A stretch of DNA of 61,960 bases from a virus (Duplodnaviria; Caudoviricetes). Position 1 is the stretch's first letter. Each line of letters starts with the position of its first letter. Made by a program: the position numbers and the translations under genes. Below are positions 10,309-20,101 of the stretch, in pieces. Below the pieces are notes generated by a model. That model saw only the letters and a program-made list of their open reading frames with translations, did no database searches and was not told where the DNA came from. Where the stretch lies: positions 1 through 61,960 of the IMG/VR virus record IMGVR_UViG_3300020156_000031; one strand, 5' to 3'.

Positions 10309-12585
10309 TTAGGCGCGCCGGGGTGCCATGGAGCGCAGAAGGTCCATGATCTGCTTCTGGTCCGCCATCTGGGCGTTCTGGCGCTGCGCGATCTGCTCCT
10401 GCTGCGCGCGCATCATTTCCAGGCTCTCGCGGAACTGCTGCTCGCGTTCCTTCAGGGCGAGTTCCCGGGCTTCGAGCTGGTTCGCCATCTTGGCGATGGC
10501 GACCTTGGCCTCGTTGTCCATCTTCTTCTCGGACATACGGCCTTTCTGCTTCATCATCTCCATCTGGACTTCGGGCGGCGGGCCGTCGTCCTGCTCGGGC
10601 GCGCGGATGAAGAAGCGGTCGCCGTCCTTCCATCCGCTCAGGCCCCAGAGCTCCTGCGCCAGTGCGGAGGCGTTGAGGGTGATCCCCTGCTCCTGAAGGC
10701 CCGGCATCAGTTCGGTGCTCATCTTGAGCGCGCCCATGAAGCGCTGCATCTTCTGGCTCGTGTCGAGCGCGCCGATGCCGACATTGACCCTGACCGTCAC
10801 CTGCGCATGATCGAGGTCGGACAGGACATCCGAGATCGATACCGGCGGTTCGAACGGGTTCTGCTCCTGCTGCGCCTCCGCTTCCTCCTTGACGGGATCG
10901 AGGCTCGGGCCTTCCTCTCCGGCGACGATGTTCTCGATCAGGCCCGCCCGCTCGCCGGCCACGCTGATCACCAGTTCGTCGGACTCGTAGCGCTTGACCA
11001 GCTTGATCATCTGGGCCAGCACCGGCTCGACCCATGTTTCGACAAACACCCTGAGATCGTATTCCGTCAGCGCGTTGGCGGAACTGTTGAGCAACTGCAT
11101 CCCGCCGACCGTCTCGTTCAACTGGCGGTTCGACTGCACCGAGGAGCCGGAAAACACCCCGGCCAGTTCATCGAAGTCGTTGGACAGCACGTTGATGTAG
11201 TTCATGCCGTTGGACGAGGGATCGGGGGCGCGGTCGAACGTCACGTCGTCAAGGTCCTGCACCATGACGGCGGCGTCGGGGCCACGGTTCTGCACCGCCT
11301 TGAGGTCCACGCCCCTGCCCCGCCTGATCTTGGTGATCGGCGAGATCGCCATCTTCAGGGCGTCGAGGGTCAGGTTGGTGATGTCGTTGATTTCCATCTG
11401 CGCCATCTGCCAGCTTTCGACAGGGGCCATGGGATGGGTCTTGTGGGGCTCCATTTCGCCGCGCCCCAGCACATAGGGCCGCTCGCCCTTCTGCTCGGGA
11501 TAGCTTTCGATGGTCGGGCGGGGATCGCTGAGAATGATGGCCTCGCCCAGCATCCACCAGTGCCAGTCCTCGCCATCGGTGCGGTAGAAGCATTCCCGCA
11601 GCCAGACGATATTGTTGTCCTTGCCCTGATAGGCCTTTTCATAGCGGTCGATGCCGTCGCCGCGCGCCCGGCGGACGCTGGACGCCTCCCCGTCGCGGTC
11701 GCTTCTGGCGGTCTTCAGCGCCTTGAGGTCGATATCGGAGCGCCATGCCTTGCCGCCCATCGGGTTGCGCTCGGCCTGGTTCTTGATGATATGCTCGACA
11801 TCATCGATCCGCATCGGATAGTCGATGATCAGAAACCCGCCTTCCTGGATCGGATCGCGCCAGTCGCCGGTATTGTCGATCTTGGCGTGTTCCGGGGGGA
11901 TGAGGGCGATCATCGGCCGGTCGCGCATCACCTCGGTTTCGTAGGTGATTTCCTCTTCCTCGAAATCCTCCATCAGCGGCTCGCCGGTGAGAAGATCGAC
12001 GATCGGCATGCCCGCCTCATCGAGGCTAAGGCGCTGCGATGTCACCTTGGAATAGACCGGAACCTCGCGCTCCTCGTACTCCCAATACTGCTTGGACACG
12101 CAGATGCCGTGAACCTGGGAGTCGTAGCGCGCGCCGCAGGTCGTGGTGAACCAGTTCGGGCCGGCCCAGCGGTTGGAGCGGTCGAGGCGATAGTTCAGCA
12201 CTTCATGCAGGAAGCGGGCGGTGCTGGCCTGCACCTTGTCGCTGCTGCGCTCGGCGGTGACGGACACCACGTCCTCGGTCGAGAACATCGAGGCGGCGAA
12301 TGTCGCGATGTTCTTGCGGACGGCGGCGCGGGTTTTCGTCTTGAAGATCTTCGAGCGGTTCTTGTAGCGGAAGGTGTCGTATTTGGAGCCTTGGAAATGC
12401 CGGTTCTGGACGGCGCGGAGATTGCGCGCCCATGCGGTTTTCAGCTTGGTTTCATGGTGATTGGTGGCGGTGCGGTAGCACTCCTTGAAGCGCGTGATCC
12501 ACTCGTCATCGCCCTCGACGGTCGGGGTTCCCGCGGTGCCGGAAATCCCGTCCTCGAGCGGAGCCATGTTATCGTAGGGGTTCAA
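10309..12585 (-). CDS. Portal protein (P22-like, with C-terminal coiled coil)
   Basis: 758 aa; NETVGGM motif, Q/E/M-rich barrel-like C-terminus; position. Confidence 0.85.
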   Translation of the reverse strand: MNPYDNMAPLEDGISGTAGTPTVEGDDEWITRFKECYRTATNHHETKLKTAWARNLRAVQNRHFQGSKYDTFRYKNRSKIFKTKTRAAVRKNIATFAASMFSTEDVVSVTAERSSDKVQASTARFLHEVLNYRLDRSNRWAGPNWFTTTCGARYDSQVHGICVSKQYWEYEEREVPVYSKVTSQRLSLDEAGMPIVDLLTGEPLMEDFEEEEITYETEVMRDRPMIALIPPEHAKIDNTGDWRDPIQEGGFLIIDYPMRIDDVEHIIKNQAERNPMGGKAWRSDIDLKALKTARSDRDGEASSVRRARGDGIDRYEKAYQGKDNNIVWLRECFYRTDGEDWHWWMLGEAIILSDPRPTIESYPEQKGERPYVLGRGEMEPHKTHPMAPVESWQMAQMEINDITNLTLDALKMAISPITKIRRGRGVDLKAVQNRGPDAAVMVQDLDDVTFDRAPDPSSNGMNYINVLSNDFDELAGVFSGSSVQSNRQLNETVGGMQLLNSSANALTEYDLRVFVETWVEPVLAQMIKLVKRYESDELVISVAGERAGLIENIVAGEEGPSLDPVKEEAEAQQEQNPFEPPVSISDVLSDLDHAQVTVRVNVGIGALDTSQKMQRFMGALKMSTELMPGLQEQGITLNASALAQELWGLSGWKDGDRFFIRAPEQDDGPPPEVQMEMMKQKGRMSEKKMDNEAKVAIAKMANQLEARELALKEREQQFRESLEMMRAQQEQIAQRQNAQMADQKQIMDLLRSMAPRRA

Positions 12586-13018
12586 GATGGCCTCTCCCGT
12601 TCAGGGGTGCGCGTTCCATGGCATCAAACCAGTGGTGGGTGGAGAAGCCGCGGCGCGGCAACTGGTAGCGTTCGAGGATTTCGCCGGCGCCCTTGAGGAT
12701 GGTCCGACGCCCGCCGGGATCGGACTTCACGTCATGGAGCTTGCAGACATACCAGCGGTTGGACGGCATCAGGCCGCGAAGCTGGATCATGATCACGCCG
12801 CCCCTAGTGTCGCAGATCACGAACCAGGGATGGCCGGGATACTCGACATCGAGCTTTGCGCCGACCCACTTCGCCGTTTCCATGTTGACGAGCTTGAACG
12901 GGTCTATGCCGGTGTCGTCGACTTCGTGGCGGATGCTTAGATCGAACATGCGTCTCCGATCGCCAGCTGGTGCTGGACGCTCCTGATGTTCATGGGTTAT
13001 GTCCTTTTGGGGTGGCAA
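12569..13018 (-). CDS. Hypothetical protein
   Basis: YPGHPW and GEILERY motifs; overlaps portal start. Confidence 0.6.
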   Translation of the reverse strand: MPPQKDITHEHQERPAPAGDRRRMFDLSIRHEVDDTGIDPFKLVNMETAKWVGAKLDVEYPGHPWFVICDTRGGVIMIQLRGLMPSNRWYVCKLHDVKSDPGGRRTILKGAGEILERYQLPRRGFSTHHWFDAMERAPLNGRGHLEPLR

Positions 13019-13021
13019 ACG

Positions 13022-13048
13022 AAAAAGGCCCCCGAATATGGGAGCCTT
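13022..13048 (-). terminator. Intrinsic terminator
   Basis: Minus strand AAGGCTCCCATATTCGGGGGCCTTTTT. Confidence 0.75.
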
Positions 13049-13082
13049 GATGAATGTCGCCTTGGTCTGTTACTGGTCCGCG

Positions 13083-13265
13083 ATGGACCCGATTTCAAAC
13101 ATGATGTTGCGCGTTGCCTATTGGCTACGGCACCCGCCCGCCAGATGGCAGGTCTTGATGATGGCGGTCGTCATAGTCGTGGCGGCGCTTCTCGTTGCCC
13201 TCGAATGGGCTGGATGGTGGCCCGCGTTCCTCACTGTGAACAAAGGCAAAGGCATCATTCACTGA
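13083..13265 (+). CDS. Small membrane protein (moron)
   Basis: One hydrophobic helix; opposite strand to the late operon. Confidence 0.5.
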   Translation: MDPISNMMLRVAYWLRHPPARWQVLMMAVVIVVAALLVALEWAGWWPAFLTVNKGKGIIH

Positions 13266-14458
13266 AGCAGGCGGTTCACGTTCTGTCGGAAATCGGCTTC
13301 TCGCTCCTCATATGCACGAACCGTGGCGACTGGGTCGTAGTCCTCCACGAACTTGCGCAGGACCGCCACCTTGTCGGCACCTTCGAGTGCGCTTCCATCA
13401 ATGTACGGAAGACCCGCGAAGGACAGCATCTCGCGCATGCGGTCATCGATAGAGACAAACAGGGCCGGAACACCTGCTTGCATAGCCGCGACCCCGCCGT
13501 GAAAGCGTCGGCCGAAGAACAGATCATGCCCCTCCGACCATTGCCGCCAATCGTCGTTGTCGAGGAAGGCATGAACCGATGTCGGCTTGTATTCAGGGGC
13601 CAGCCGTGTTGCCGGCTCATCGCCGCGCTTATGGCCGAAGCCAAGCTTTATCTCGCCCGTTGAACTCTCATAGACGCGAGCGCCGGGGCGGCCTTGATCG
13701 AAGGTGAGGCCGTAGTGAAGAAATTCATCCTGAAGGACGTATGCAACGCTGCGGCTGACGCTGGACATCAGCTTTATGTCCTCGTTCGAACTTTTCATGC
13801 TTCCGAGGTAGCCGCCGACCATTACGCTCCTGAAGTGGAAGTGTCCGATATCCTTCAACCGCCTCAATGCTTCAACCATGTTCACCGGACGAAGATAGAT
13901 CGACGGGCAGCCTGTCGCCGTGGCGTTCTCTACACCTTGAGCCTTCAAGTAATCTCGCGTCTCAATGCCTCGCGTGAAAGCGTGGTGCCCCTTGTCGGCC
14001 AGAAGCCGGACAAGACGCATCGTTCCCTCCGGTATGTCGGCCATCTTGGACTGCACCTGTAGCCCGACCCCGAGGACAAGCGTTGGCAGGTCGATTTTCT
14101 CCAGCAGGTCTGCCTCGGCGTGGGCCGAGTATCCTGGGCGCAAGAGGTTGGCGGTAGCGAGAACCACTAGATCGAACCGCTCCCGCAGCATCTCCAGACG
14201 CTCCGGCGAGTCCATCACTCCGTAGAGATACGAGAACGGCAGATACGTGCAATCATGCTCGCTGAATGCAGACACCGCTCCCTCGCCGATCAAAAGGTTC
14301 CCGGTGTTTCCGCAAAGTTGCGAATCATCGAGCAAATCCTCGAACGTCCTGATTTCCTTTCGGCGGCCATAAGCAATGCTGAAATCAGTCGTTTTTGCCG
14401 CATAAAAGAGCCTGGGCCCCGGAATTCCCGTAACAAGTACCTTGCGCTTCTTCACCAT
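13259..14458 (-). CDS. Polysaccharide pyruvyl transferase family protein
   Basis: GNTGNLL, TRG, TGCPS and RFHG..A...GVP motifs of the PS_pyruv_trans family. Confidence 0.8.
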   Translation of the reverse strand: MVKKRKVLVTGIPGPRLFYAAKTTDFSIAYGRRKEIRTFEDLLDDSQLCGNTGNLLIGEGAVSAFSEHDCTYLPFSYLYGVMDSPERLEMLRERFDLVVLATANLLRPGYSAHAEADLLEKIDLPTLVLGVGLQVQSKMADIPEGTMRLVRLLADKGHHAFTRGIETRDYLKAQGVENATATGCPSIYLRPVNMVEALRRLKDIGHFHFRSVMVGGYLGSMKSSNEDIKLMSSVSRSVAYVLQDEFLHYGLTFDQGRPGARVYESSTGEIKLGFGHKRGDEPATRLAPEYKPTSVHAFLDNDDWRQWSEGHDLFFGRRFHGGVAAMQAGVPALFVSIDDRMREMLSFAGLPYIDGSALEGADKVAVLRKFVEDYDPVATVRAYEEREADFRQNVNRLLQ

Positions 14459-14531
14459 ATCATCCTACCTGATGCCAATTCGGCGCACGCTATAGCCAGC
14501 AGCGCATTCAGGCAACGGCCAAGGAAGTGAA

Positions 14532-14819
14532 ATGGCTGATCGGCAACCACGTATCGTAGCGTCCGGTGACGCCCTCCTTTCGGCCGGTGGGGTAACTGTG
14601 GGCGTTACATTTGTCATTTACGTGCTTGGCGTGGACCGTTTTTTCGGCCGCGTGTTTGGCGCAATGGATGAATTGGGCACCTTTCACCAAGCGGACGATG
14701 TGTACCTGATCGTGCCGCCAGACAAGCGGTTTTTGGTGCAACTTGGCCCACCCTATCTAGATGAAATGGGAACCGCAGATTTCATCCTGCCGGAAATCCC
14801 CGAATTGATCCTTCACTAG
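14532..14819 (+). CDS. Hypothetical protein (95 aa)
   Basis: AAGGA SD upstream; fills the gap between pyruvyltransferase and tailspike. Confidence 0.5.
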   Translation: MADRQPRIVASGDALLSAGGVTVGVTFVIYVLGVDRFFGRVFGAMDELGTFHQADDVYLIVPPDKRFLVQLGPPYLDEMGTADFILPEIPELILH

Positions 14820-16438
14820 AGGTTGATATTTGAAACCTGCGCAATGAAGTGGATGCCGTCGAGGCACACGTCCGTGCTGTTGCAGGTCACATTGCCGTTG
14901 TTGTTGTTCACGGTGACCATGATGGCGGTCCCGTCCGATTTAGGCGTCAGGTACGTCATCAGCCGCTCTGGTCGGTGGGTGGTCGGAAGCGTGAAGATGA
15001 TCTGGTTCGCGGTCCCGCTGTTGGCATAGCCACGCAAGGTTACAAGCCCGTCTGCCGCTTTGCGATAACCGAGGGTGCGAGTGCCAACGGCAGTATAGCC
15101 GTTGCTAAGCGTGGGCGTTTTGAACGGGGGCGCCGACACGGAGACATTCGTCCCGTAGACGGTATGGCCGATGTCAATGTCTTCGCAGCCGTTGGTGACA
15201 AAGTTGACAGCCATTTCATTGACAACGTTGCCAATGAACTCGCCGCCAATCGTCTTGGGGAAGGCCCAATCCAGGCAGTCGTTGAGTTGGTTGTAGTTGA
15301 ACATCAGGCCACGGAACGTGCAGGAGCCAGACGTGACGATGATATATTCCGAGATGTATTCGAGGTAGTTCCCCTCGATGATCCAGGTCTTCCATGTACC
15401 AGCCACGACGTTCCAGACACTGCCGCAAACCTCGATATCGTTGTCTCTGAACACGCAGTTCAGACTCTGTGCTTCGATCCTGAACACACCGCAGCCAGTT
15501 TCGCCAGAGGTTGCCGTGTTGGTGATCTGGTTGCAGTTGGCGACAAGGTTGAAGCAGGCGGTCTCGCTATGGAAGAAATTGTCGCTGAGATAGCGGGCTT
15601 TGTTATTCAACAGCCGCACCGCATAGGACTCGTTGCCGACTATGCCCTTCTTGAGCGTATGGAACTGACAACGCTCCACCACCGCACCGTTTGCATGGTC
15701 CAGATAAAGCGCGACACCAGCACCCGTCGATCCGGTAAACTGGATGTTGCTGACGGTGAGCGTCCCGTCCGTTGCTGGATCGCCATCATCACCGAGATAA
15801 AACGCCGCGCCCTCGTAATCCGTCGTCGTGACCTTATGGCAGACAATGACTGATCCGTGGCTCACGCCCTGAAGCCGCACGGTGCGGTAGGACTTCGGAA
15901 TGACCACCTGAGTGAGAACGTCATATTTCCCTTCGGGGACGAGGACCAACCCGCCGTATGTCTTGGTCATTATGTAGTCAGCGACCCGCTGGATAGGAGG
16001 GCCGTTATCGAACCCGTTGACCGCCCTCGCCCCCGCCATTTCGATATCAACGAATGGTTCAGCGATCTCCCACCATCCCCCGGTCGTTGAATCTGTGGTG
16101 CCGTTCGGCATGTAGCGATCGGTGGAACGGAACTTCAGGTCATGTGAGGGTTCAGCCGTGACGCGCTTGTACCTCGCCCCACCAACGCCATAGGCCGCCT
16201 CCGCGCTGTAGGACTGCGTATGGCAGACCTTGGCATAAGCGGGGATGGTTGCATCTTCGCCAGTCGCAATATCAGCCACCTGGAAGGACCGCACGTCCAG
16301 CTCTGCCTGCGTTGCCGTCCCAATGAGGGTGTTGAAGCCCACGGCATCGCGCAAATTCCCCGGCATTTGCCCTGCGAGGGCTTCCGCATCCGTGAGGTTG
16401 CGGTTCAGCGCTGTGATGAATTCGCGGCCGGTGGTCAT
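14816..16438 (-). CDS. Tailspike / beta-helix depolymerase (pectate-lyase-like)
   Basis: GGARYKR..GGWWEI N-terminal domain, VLVPEGKY, N/I/V-rich beta-helix repeats; start MTTGREF. Confidence 0.75.
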   Translation of the reverse strand: MTTGREFITALNRNLTDAEALAGQMPGNLRDAVGFNTLIGTATQAELDVRSFQVADIATGEDATIPAYAKVCHTQSYSAEAAYGVGGARYKRVTAEPSHDLKFRSTDRYMPNGTTDSTTGGWWEIAEPFVDIEMAGARAVNGFDNGPPIQRVADYIMTKTYGGLVLVPEGKYDVLTQVVIPKSYRTVRLQGVSHGSVIVCHKVTTTDYEGAAFYLGDDGDPATDGTLTVSNIQFTGSTGAGVALYLDHANGAVVERCQFHTLKKGIVGNESYAVRLLNNKARYLSDNFFHSETACFNLVANCNQITNTATSGETGCGVFRIEAQSLNCVFRDNDIEVCGSVWNVVAGTWKTWIIEGNYLEYISEYIIVTSGSCTFRGLMFNYNQLNDCLDWAFPKTIGGEFIGNVVNEMAVNFVTNGCEDIDIGHTVYGTNVSVSAPPFKTPTLSNGYTAVGTRTLGYRKAADGLVTLRGYANSGTANQIIFTLPTTHRPERLMTYLTPKSDGTAIMVTVNNNNGNVTCNSTDVCLDGIHFIAQVSNINL

Positions 16439-16704
16439 ACTGCGAACTCCGCTTCGTATTCCTCGACGGTGATTTCCTGGGTCACCATCACGCCCTCGTC
16501 GGAGACGACGAGGCCCTGGTCGATGATCGGAAATTCCATCGGGAAATAGTTGTCGTAGAGCCTCCGGGCCATGAACCGCCGGCCGTTGGAGAACTCGTAA
16601 ACGGTGGTGTTGATCGGGGCGGACTTCTCGTAGAAATCCGGCTCGGCATCGAGGACGAGGCTCTTGTAGGACCGCTCGACAAAGCGGACGCGCTGTGCAG
16701 CCAT
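16435..16704 (-). CDS. Hypothetical protein (89 aa)
   Basis: Coupled between terL and tailspike; GAGG SD. Confidence 0.6.
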   Translation of the reverse strand: MAAQRVRFVERSYKSLVLDAEPDFYEKSAPINTTVYEFSNGRRFMARRLYDNYFPMEFPIIDQGLVVSDEGVMVTQEITVEEYEAEFAV

Positions 16705-16713
16705 CAGGGTTCC

Positions 16714-18492
16714 TCACACATCTTCGGGTACGCGCTCCCAGCCCCCGACATGCCATGTGGCGTCGGGGTCGAAGCTCGGGTCTTCCTTCACCATGCTCGC
16801 GGGCATCGGCTCCATGTCGTAGATCCGGCTCACGGCGTCGATCAGGTCGTCGTGCTGGGCGAACGGGAAGAAGGTCATTTCCTTGATCAGTTCGTCCGTC
16901 AGGTCGTAGGCCTTGCCGTTTTCGTCCTTGCGCTTGATCGGGCTTGCCAGCAGGTGTTCCTGGCCCCGCTCCTTGAGCCGGCGGGCGATGGCGGATTGCG
17001 TCACCACCTCGCTGCGCTTGCCGTCCCTACCCATCCCGACCGGGGTGTAGACCATGCTCTGCTGGTCGGTATCGACCTTCCAGTGGCAGTCTCCGGTCCC
17101 GGCGACATAGACCACCGCCGGGAGGTGGAAGGAGCCATACTGAACATCGGGCTGCAGCCGCTCGACGCGGTGTTCCTTCGAATTGCCGCCCTCTCGGGGC
17201 CAGGCCAGTTCCTCGATCGCGAAATGGTATTTCTCGGCCAGCATCCGCTCGGCGAAATACTCGTCGTCCGACTGCTGCCCGAAGCGCTCGTAGCCGACCT
17301 TGAGCAGATCGACGCCGGGCATGGCGGACCATTTCTTGTGCAGGAACTTCATATGGTCCCAGCGCTCGGAGAGCTTCATGCGGTGGCAGAAGCCGTCCAG
17401 CAGGTACTTGTTGCCCCGGTTGTCTATCCCGATGACGGGCATGGCGGTGCGGTCGGATCGGGCGTTCCTGCCTCGAGAGGGATCGACCATGATGTAGACG
17501 TTGAGGATCGAGGGCCGGATTTCCCAGGCCTTGAACCATGTCGGGTCGAACATGCGCTGGTTGCCGGCCAGCGGGTTCTGGAGCATCTGCGCAGCCAGCG
17601 TCGATAGCTGGGTCTTCTTCTTCTTGTCCCACTCTTCCTGGGACAGCAGCACCGGCTTTCCGTCCGGATGGCCATCGTCGGTGGCGGGGTATCTGCGCTC
17701 GGTGACGATGCCGCGGGCGATGATGTCGCCGTATGTGTCGCCGAAGTGATAGCGGGTGCCGACCATCCACTTGCGGCGCTTGCCGGCGCCGAGGTTGTCG
17801 GACAGTTCCCACGCTTCCGTGGTCTTCTTGATCTGCTCGGGATTGGTGACGCTTTCGCGGGTCACCACGTCATCGTAGAGCAGCAGGGCGAAGTGGCGCG
17901 ATGTCGGCTGGCCGTCGACGAGGCCGTGCGCCTCCATCGTGGCCTCCTTCGGGTTCGATCGCCGGCGGACGGTGAATTCCGACGAGGACCAGACCGGCGC
18001 TTCCGAAGTCGGCTTGAGCCAGCACACATCGGGATAGATGCGGCGGAGCGTCGGGTTGCTTTCGAACTCCCGCTTTACCTGCGCGACGAACTTCGCCGAG
18101 ATGCCCTTGGTATGCCCGAAGACCCCGATGGTGATTTCGGGATCGTTCAAAATCTCCTGTATCGAGCCGCAGAAGGTGATCAGCGTCGATTTGTAGTGCT
18201 CGCGCGCCCACAGGTCGAGATAGCCGTCGGGCTCAAGCTCCACCTCCCGGCAGCGGTCATAGAGCCAGGGATGAAACCCGTCGTGCCGTCCGAGGATGCA
18301 GGTGAACAGGAAGAACCTGTCCACGCATCCGAGATAGGCCATATCCGCGTCGGAGAGCGTTTCCGCCGTGAGCGCATAGAACTCCATGGCCGCGTCGTAA
18401 TCGAGCGTGTGAAGCTCGTCGGCCTCGACATAGGCGACCAGATCGGGATTGGCCGAATCCCGGTAGCGTGCGCCAGTGTAGCGGGTGAGCAT
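16714..18492 (-). CDS. terL: Terminase large subunit
   Basis: REHYKST Walker A, LLYDD Walker B, MVDP and HDDLIDA nuclease motifs. Confidence 0.92.
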   Translation of the reverse strand: MLTRYTGARYRDSANPDLVAYVEADELHTLDYDAAMEFYALTAETLSDADMAYLGCVDRFFLFTCILGRHDGFHPWLYDRCREVELEPDGYLDLWAREHYKSTLITFCGSIQEILNDPEITIGVFGHTKGISAKFVAQVKREFESNPTLRRIYPDVCWLKPTSEAPVWSSSEFTVRRRSNPKEATMEAHGLVDGQPTSRHFALLLYDDVVTRESVTNPEQIKKTTEAWELSDNLGAGKRRKWMVGTRYHFGDTYGDIIARGIVTERRYPATDDGHPDGKPVLLSQEEWDKKKKTQLSTLAAQMLQNPLAGNQRMFDPTWFKAWEIRPSILNVYIMVDPSRGRNARSDRTAMPVIGIDNRGNKYLLDGFCHRMKLSERWDHMKFLHKKWSAMPGVDLLKVGYERFGQQSDDEYFAERMLAEKYHFAIEELAWPREGGNSKEHRVERLQPDVQYGSFHLPAVVYVAGTGDCHWKVDTDQQSMVYTPVGMGRDGKRSEVVTQSAIARRLKERGQEHLLASPIKRKDENGKAYDLTDELIKEMTFFPFAQHDDLIDAVSRIYDMEPMPASMVKEDPSFDPDATWHVGGWERVPEDV

Positions 18493-18765
18493 TCACGCCC
18501 ATTCCCTCGGATTGCCGCCGATCTCGAACACCTTGCCGGGCCCGACTTCCTCGCGAGCCGCGAAGGACTTCTCCGCGATGTCGCCCGGCATGAACCCCTC
18601 CGGCCATATCTCGAACATCGTCACACGGTCGGGATCGCCCTCGTCCACGACAATGGTGATCATCCGCCTATGGTGCGCGAACATGTCGGCGTGGATGACC
18701 TTCAAGCCCTTGGCCTCGATGGCGGCAACGATGGATGCGAACTCGTCTTGTGTCGGGGCGCCCAT
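18493..18765 (-). CDS. Hypothetical protein
   Basis: ORF abutting terL; start MGAPTQ. Confidence 0.5.
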   Translation of the reverse strand: MGAPTQDEFASIVAAIEAKGLKVIHADMFAHHRRMITIVVDEGDPDRVTMFEIWPEGFMPGDIAEKSFAAREEVGPGKVFEIGGNPREWA

Positions 18766-18852
18766 CACCACCACCCCGCGACATGCCCGGCGATCATCAG
18801 CGCGGCCAGAGCGATCGGCGCCCATATGGCGAGACGGTCAACGCGGGTCATC

Positions 18853-19089
18853 TCACACATCCTCCGGCCAGCGAAGGCGCTTCGCGAGCGCGTCATCGCG
18901 CATTAACTTCGCCAGCCGATAGATCTTGGCCATCTTTTCCTCGCGACATACGAACGTTGCGCTGACAACCTGGCCAACTTCCGGGACGAAGGCAGAAACC
19001 GTTGCCGAGGATGGGTTGAGGGGGAGCCCGCTGAATGCAGGCGCAATGGCCGCTGAACTCAACAGCCTCAGAAATGTTCGACGGTTCAT
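18853..19089 (-). CDS. Small protein with twin-arginine-like N-terminus
   Basis: MNRRTFLRLLSSAAIAPA. Confidence 0.55.
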   Translation of the reverse strand: MNRRTFLRLLSSAAIAPAFSGLPLNPSSATVSAFVPEVGQVVSATFVCREEKMAKIYRLAKLMRDDALAKRLRWPEDV

Positions 19090-19090
19090 C

Positions 19091-19345
19091 TCACGCCTCC
19101 CCCGGCTTCTTGCCGGTGAGGAACGCTACCAGCCGCTCGCGCTTGCCGGCGTCGTCAAGAAGCACCAGCGCCAGATCGACGTACAGTGGGGCGGGGTCGC
19201 CGCCATAAGCGTTAGCCTTGAGGCAATCATCGTGGGTGAAGGCACATTCCTCGAACAAGGCCGCGAGGCCGATCACCGTTGGGTCGCGATCCTTCACGGC
19301 CGCATGGTATCTTTCGGGCACCTTCCATTCGTACAGAGCTTCCAT
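19091..19345 (-). CDS. Hypothetical protein
   Basis: Start MEALY with GAGG SD. Confidence 0.5.
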   Translation of the reverse strand: MEALYEWKVPERYHAAVKDRDPTVIGLAALFEECAFTHDDCLKANAYGGDPAPLYVDLALVLLDDAGKRERLVAFLTGKKPGEA

Positions 19346-19471
19346 TTTCGCCTCTTTCTGCCTTTCGGGTTCGCCTAAAACTGCCATTTTCAACCGGCGG
19401 TCGGTATAAACCCCGTCTCAGGGGCCATTTTACCGCCTCGCTTCGCCTGAAATGCAATCTCCGGTATTTGT

Positions 19472-19939
19472 CTAAGCCCGCCTCTTGAACTTCTTCAGCG
19501 CGTCCGCGAACTGCATGACCTGGCTGGTATCCCGTTCCGGGGCTTCCTCGCCCTCGCGGGGCTTGGTGTCGGGGATCTTGGTCCCCTTCACATGCTCCTG
19601 GGTCAGGGTCGGGGAGTCCTCGTATCCGAAGCATCGGATGAAGAACTTCCTCAGATCGGCGGCGGCCTTGAAGTCGCCGGCCTTCTTGGCGTCCTCGATG
19701 TCCCCGAGGAGATCGCGGAACATGGTCTTGGCATCGAATACGCTGTCGTCGAGGGCCTTGGAGGCCGTGACTTCCAGCAGTTCCTTGACGCGGGCCTGAA
19801 CGTTTTCATTTGCTTTCAGGCGTGTTGCGTTGCCTCGGTTGGGCTTGTAGCCGGCTTCCTGATACGCCTTGTCTGAGGTCATCCCCTTGGCGAGGCATTG
19901 CGCGAACGCCTCGTGCTTGGGGTCGGGGAGGACGGGCAT
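19472..19939 (-). CDS. terS: Terminase small subunit
   Basis: PKHEAFAQ..G...AYQEAGYK..NATRL HTH N-terminus; upstream of terL. Confidence 0.85.
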   Translation of the reverse strand: MPVLPDPKHEAFAQCLAKGMTSDKAYQEAGYKPNRGNATRLKANENVQARVKELLEVTASKALDDSVFDAKTMFRDLLGDIEDAKKAGDFKAAADLRKFFIRCFGYEDSPTLTQEHVKGTKIPDTKPREGEEAPERDTSQVMQFADALKKFKRRA

Positions 19940-20010
19940 TCCGGTTTCGCCTTTGGTTGAGATTTCCTGCGCGCAGCAATTCCACGCAATATGTCAGGGG
20001 CGCACCCCTT

Positions 20011-20091
20011 GGCCGGACGTGGCGGTTCTCAGCCGCGATTGACTGCATTAGTGACGCATGGCCCGCAGGGGAGCCATCGAGAGTCCCGGCC
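20011..20091 (-). ncRNA. Candidate 81-nt multibranch (cloverleaf-like) RNA upstream of terS
   Basis: Closing stem GGCCGGG/TCCGGCC with three internal hairpins; a G-U pair favours the minus strand. Confidence 0.4.
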
Positions 20092-20101
20092 GGGAAGAAC
20101 G

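Noticed and set aside
20011-20091. Canonical tRNA, TPP riboswitch (GCTGAGA) or HDV-like ribozyme
   Set aside because: Only isolated motifs match; the required arms or pseudoknot are absent. Kept only as an unknown structured element
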